A DNA stretch of 64,000 nucleotides from Candidatus Geothermarchaeota archaeon (lineage in GTDB: Archaea; Thermoproteota; Nitrososphaeria; Geothermarchaeales; JDFR-13), in contig WAKB01000005.1 in NCBI GenBank assembly GCA_015523545.1, positions 8,897 to 72,896 of the forward strand, given 5' to 3'. Shown one piece after another: positions 63,655 to 64,000 of the stretch. A program made the position numbers and the translations under genes. The notes below the pieces were generated by a model, which had not been told where the DNA came from, searched no databases, and worked only from the letters and a program-made list of their open reading frames with translations. The first letter of the stretch is position 1. Every line of letters starts with the position of its first letter.

Positions 63655-64000
63655 ATGAGGATTGGGATAGCCTCCGACCACGCAGGTTACAGGCATAAAG
63701 AATATATCAAGAAGGCCCTAGAGGAGAGGGGATACGAGGTAGTAGACTATGGAACATACTCCGAGGAGTCGGTAGACTATCCCGACTACGCCTCAAGACT
63801 GGCCAGCGACGTCTCACGAGGAGCCCTGGAGAGGGGAATCCTAATATGCGGGACGGGTGTAGGGATGTCGATAGTCGCGAATAAATATCCTAATGTTAGG
63901 GCTGGCCTAGCCTATTCAGACGAGGTCGCCGAGCTGATAGCTAGGCATAACAACGCCAACATAATATGCCTAGGCGGGAGAACCATGACCAAGGAGGAGG
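63655..64000 (+). CDS. rpiB: Ribose-5-phosphate isomerase B (RpiB/LacA/LacB family), N-terminal 115 codons; runs off the right edge
   Basis: Not in track (open at edge). Manual translation gives MRIGIASDHAGYRHKEYIKKALEERGYEVVDYGT...GILICGTGVGMSIVANKYPNVRAGL...; the SDHAG and CGTG(V/I)G motifs are diagnostic. Confidence 0.85.
   Translation, partial: MRIGIASDHAGYRHKEYIKKALEERGYEVVDYGTYSEESVDYPDYASRLASDVSRGALERGILICGTGVGMSIVANKYPNVRAGLAYSDEVAELIARHNNANIICLGGRTMTKEE

Noticed and set aside
1-64000. CRISPR arrays, tRNA/rRNA genes, transposases/integrases, prophage or plasmid-like islands
   Set aside because: No repeat-spacer periodicity was seen. No intergenic gap exceeds 231 nt, and none folds into an obvious cloverleaf. 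No recombinase or transposase motifs were found in any ORF. The window reads as core chromosome.

Overview
Dense, almost gap-free archaeal chromosomal segment with about 66 protein genes and no rRNA, tRNA, CRISPR array, transposase or integrase that I can see. Gene content points to a hyperthermophilic crenarchaeon (Thermoprotei, Desulfurococcales-like), though I cannot name the species: Alba, TBP, RpoK/Rpo6, RpoP/Rpo12, S25e, ABCE1, TYW1/Taw1, NreA, the thiolase/HMG-CoA synthase/DUF35 trio and stomatin/NfeD. Codon usage (AGG/AGA Arg, ATA Ile, CTA/CTC Leu), AT-rich TATA boxes about 25 nt upstream of often leaderless starts, and frequent 4-30 nt gene overlaps agree with this. Most of the window is housekeeping: sulfate activation (sat, cysC), malic enzyme, class II RNR, a Dpp/Opp-type ABC transporter, mevalonate-pathway entry, NAD salvage, transcription/translation factors and several DNA-repair modules (DNA ligase, Lhr+MPE, NreA+radical SAM, beta-CASP nuclease). 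The best candidates for something undescribed are three. (1) A tightly coupled four-gene minus-strand cluster at 59.8-62.9 kb: a degenerate RecA/KaiC-like domain fused to a wHTH, an active KaiC/RadA-like ATPase with a large insertion, a 3-TM miniprotein and a 210-aa unknown, behind a promoter carrying two TTTGCAAA palindromes and a start-site hairpin. (2) An orphan NurA-like (602 aa) plus HerA-like (589 aa) pair at 8.6-12.2 kb with no Mre11/Rad50 partners in the window. (3) A NadE-like protein coupled to NAPRT whose PP-loop and other catalytic motifs are degenerate. Three genes absent from the supplied ORF track were found by hand: rpoP (22815-22988), an edge-truncated alkaline-phosphatase-superfamily gene (1-307, minus) and an edge-truncated rpiB (63655-64000). 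The ORF track uses alternative start codons and the longest extension, so several starts are moved here to the first plausible ATG. All family assignments rest on motifs read by eye, not on database searches.
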